Shown: one piece after another, positions 63,497 to 64,000 of the stretch
How positions within the stretch are numbered: position 1 is the stretch's first letter
Layout of the letters: each line of letters starts with the position of its first letter
Source: Candidatus Eiseniibacteriota bacterium
Lineage (GTDB): Bacteria; Eisenbacteria; RBG-16-71-46; CAVPCR01
Assembly (NCBI GenBank): GCA_963823555.1
Contig: CAWGMA010000004.1
Location: 32,001 to 96,000 of the forward strand
Direction: 5' to 3'
DNA length: 64,000 nt
The notes under the pieces: generated by a model
What the model was told of the DNA's origin: nothing
The model's database searches: none
What the model saw: the letters and a program-made list of their open reading frames with translations, nothing else
Translations under genes and position numbers: made by a program

Positions 63497-64000
63497 CTAC
63501 GCCTTCGCCGGGGTCGATGTCAGGCGCTTGGGCCCGTGCTGCACGATCTCTTCGGGACAGCCTTCCATCATCAGCTTGAAGTTCTCGATGAAGCGCGCCG
63601 CCAGCGCGTCGTACTTCTTGAAGTACTCCTCGCGGCTCGGCCAGGTGTTGGCCGGGTCGAGGATCTCCGGCGGCACCCCCTCACATTCCATCGGCACCTC
63701 GAACCCGAAGATCGGATCCTTGCGATACGGCACCTTGAGGAGCGAGCCCGAGAGGGCCGCGTTGAGCAGGTTCCGCGTGTGGCGGATCGAGATGCGCTTG
63801 CCGACGCCGAACGGTCCGCCGGTCCAGCCGGTGTTCACGAGCCAGCAGTTCGACCCGTACTTGACCATGCGCTTCTTCAGGAGCTCGGCGTAGTCGTAGG
63901 GATGGTGCACCATGAACGGTCCGCCGAAGCAGGTCGAGAACGTGATCTCGGGCTCGATGCCGAGGCCGATCTCGGTGCCGGCGATCTTGCTCGTGTAGCC
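63497..64000 (-). CDS. pckA: PEP carboxykinase (ATP), C-terminal part (truncated by window)
   Basis: GYTSKIAGTE, TFSTCFGGPF, WLVNTGW.GG, ILDP..TW. Confidence 0.95.
   Translation of the reverse strand, partial: GYTSKIAGTEIGLGIEPEITFSTCFGGPFMVHHPYDYAELLKKRMVKYGSNCWLVNTGWTGGPFGVGKRISIRHTRNLLNAALSGSLLKVPYRKDPIFGFEVPMECEGVPPEILDPANTWPSREEYFKKYDALAARFIENFKLMMEGCPEEIVQHGPKRLTSTPAKA

Overview
High-GC bacterial DNA. Secreted proteins with FlgD-Ig/T9SS-like tails and a 'TWGQxK' C-terminus suggest (inference) a Ca. Eisenbacteria/Krumholzibacteriota-like FCB lineage. The standout is a ~12.6 kb co-directional cluster (33.4-46.0 kb): marR - korDABC (2-oxoacid:ferredoxin oxidoreductase) - hdrA - mvhD - hdrD-like - hdrA::mvhD - Zn ribbon - hdrC::hdrB. 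Both hdrA genes have an in-frame TGA at the CxxC position (DCSI-UGA-ILGPK). Each TGA is followed at identical spacing by a SECIS-like hairpin, and the two hairpins differ by a compensatory base-pair swap, so both are probably selenoproteins. Also present: an ECF sigma/anti-sigma/TPR-CHAT protease module with a divergent secreted protein, an ECF/Ser-Thr kinase pair, a ~210-nt rod-shaped intergenic element, a GlnE-like tandem nucleotidyltransferase next to an orphan KOR gamma gene, many secreted peptidases, and housekeeping genes (metH, sodB, arginase, pckA). Clustered single-base frameshifts (26.7-27.4 kb, 43.4-49.3 kb, ~59.9 kb) look like consensus sequencing errors. No rRNA, tRNA, CRISPR array or transposase was recognised. 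All family calls come from motif recognition only; no searches were run.
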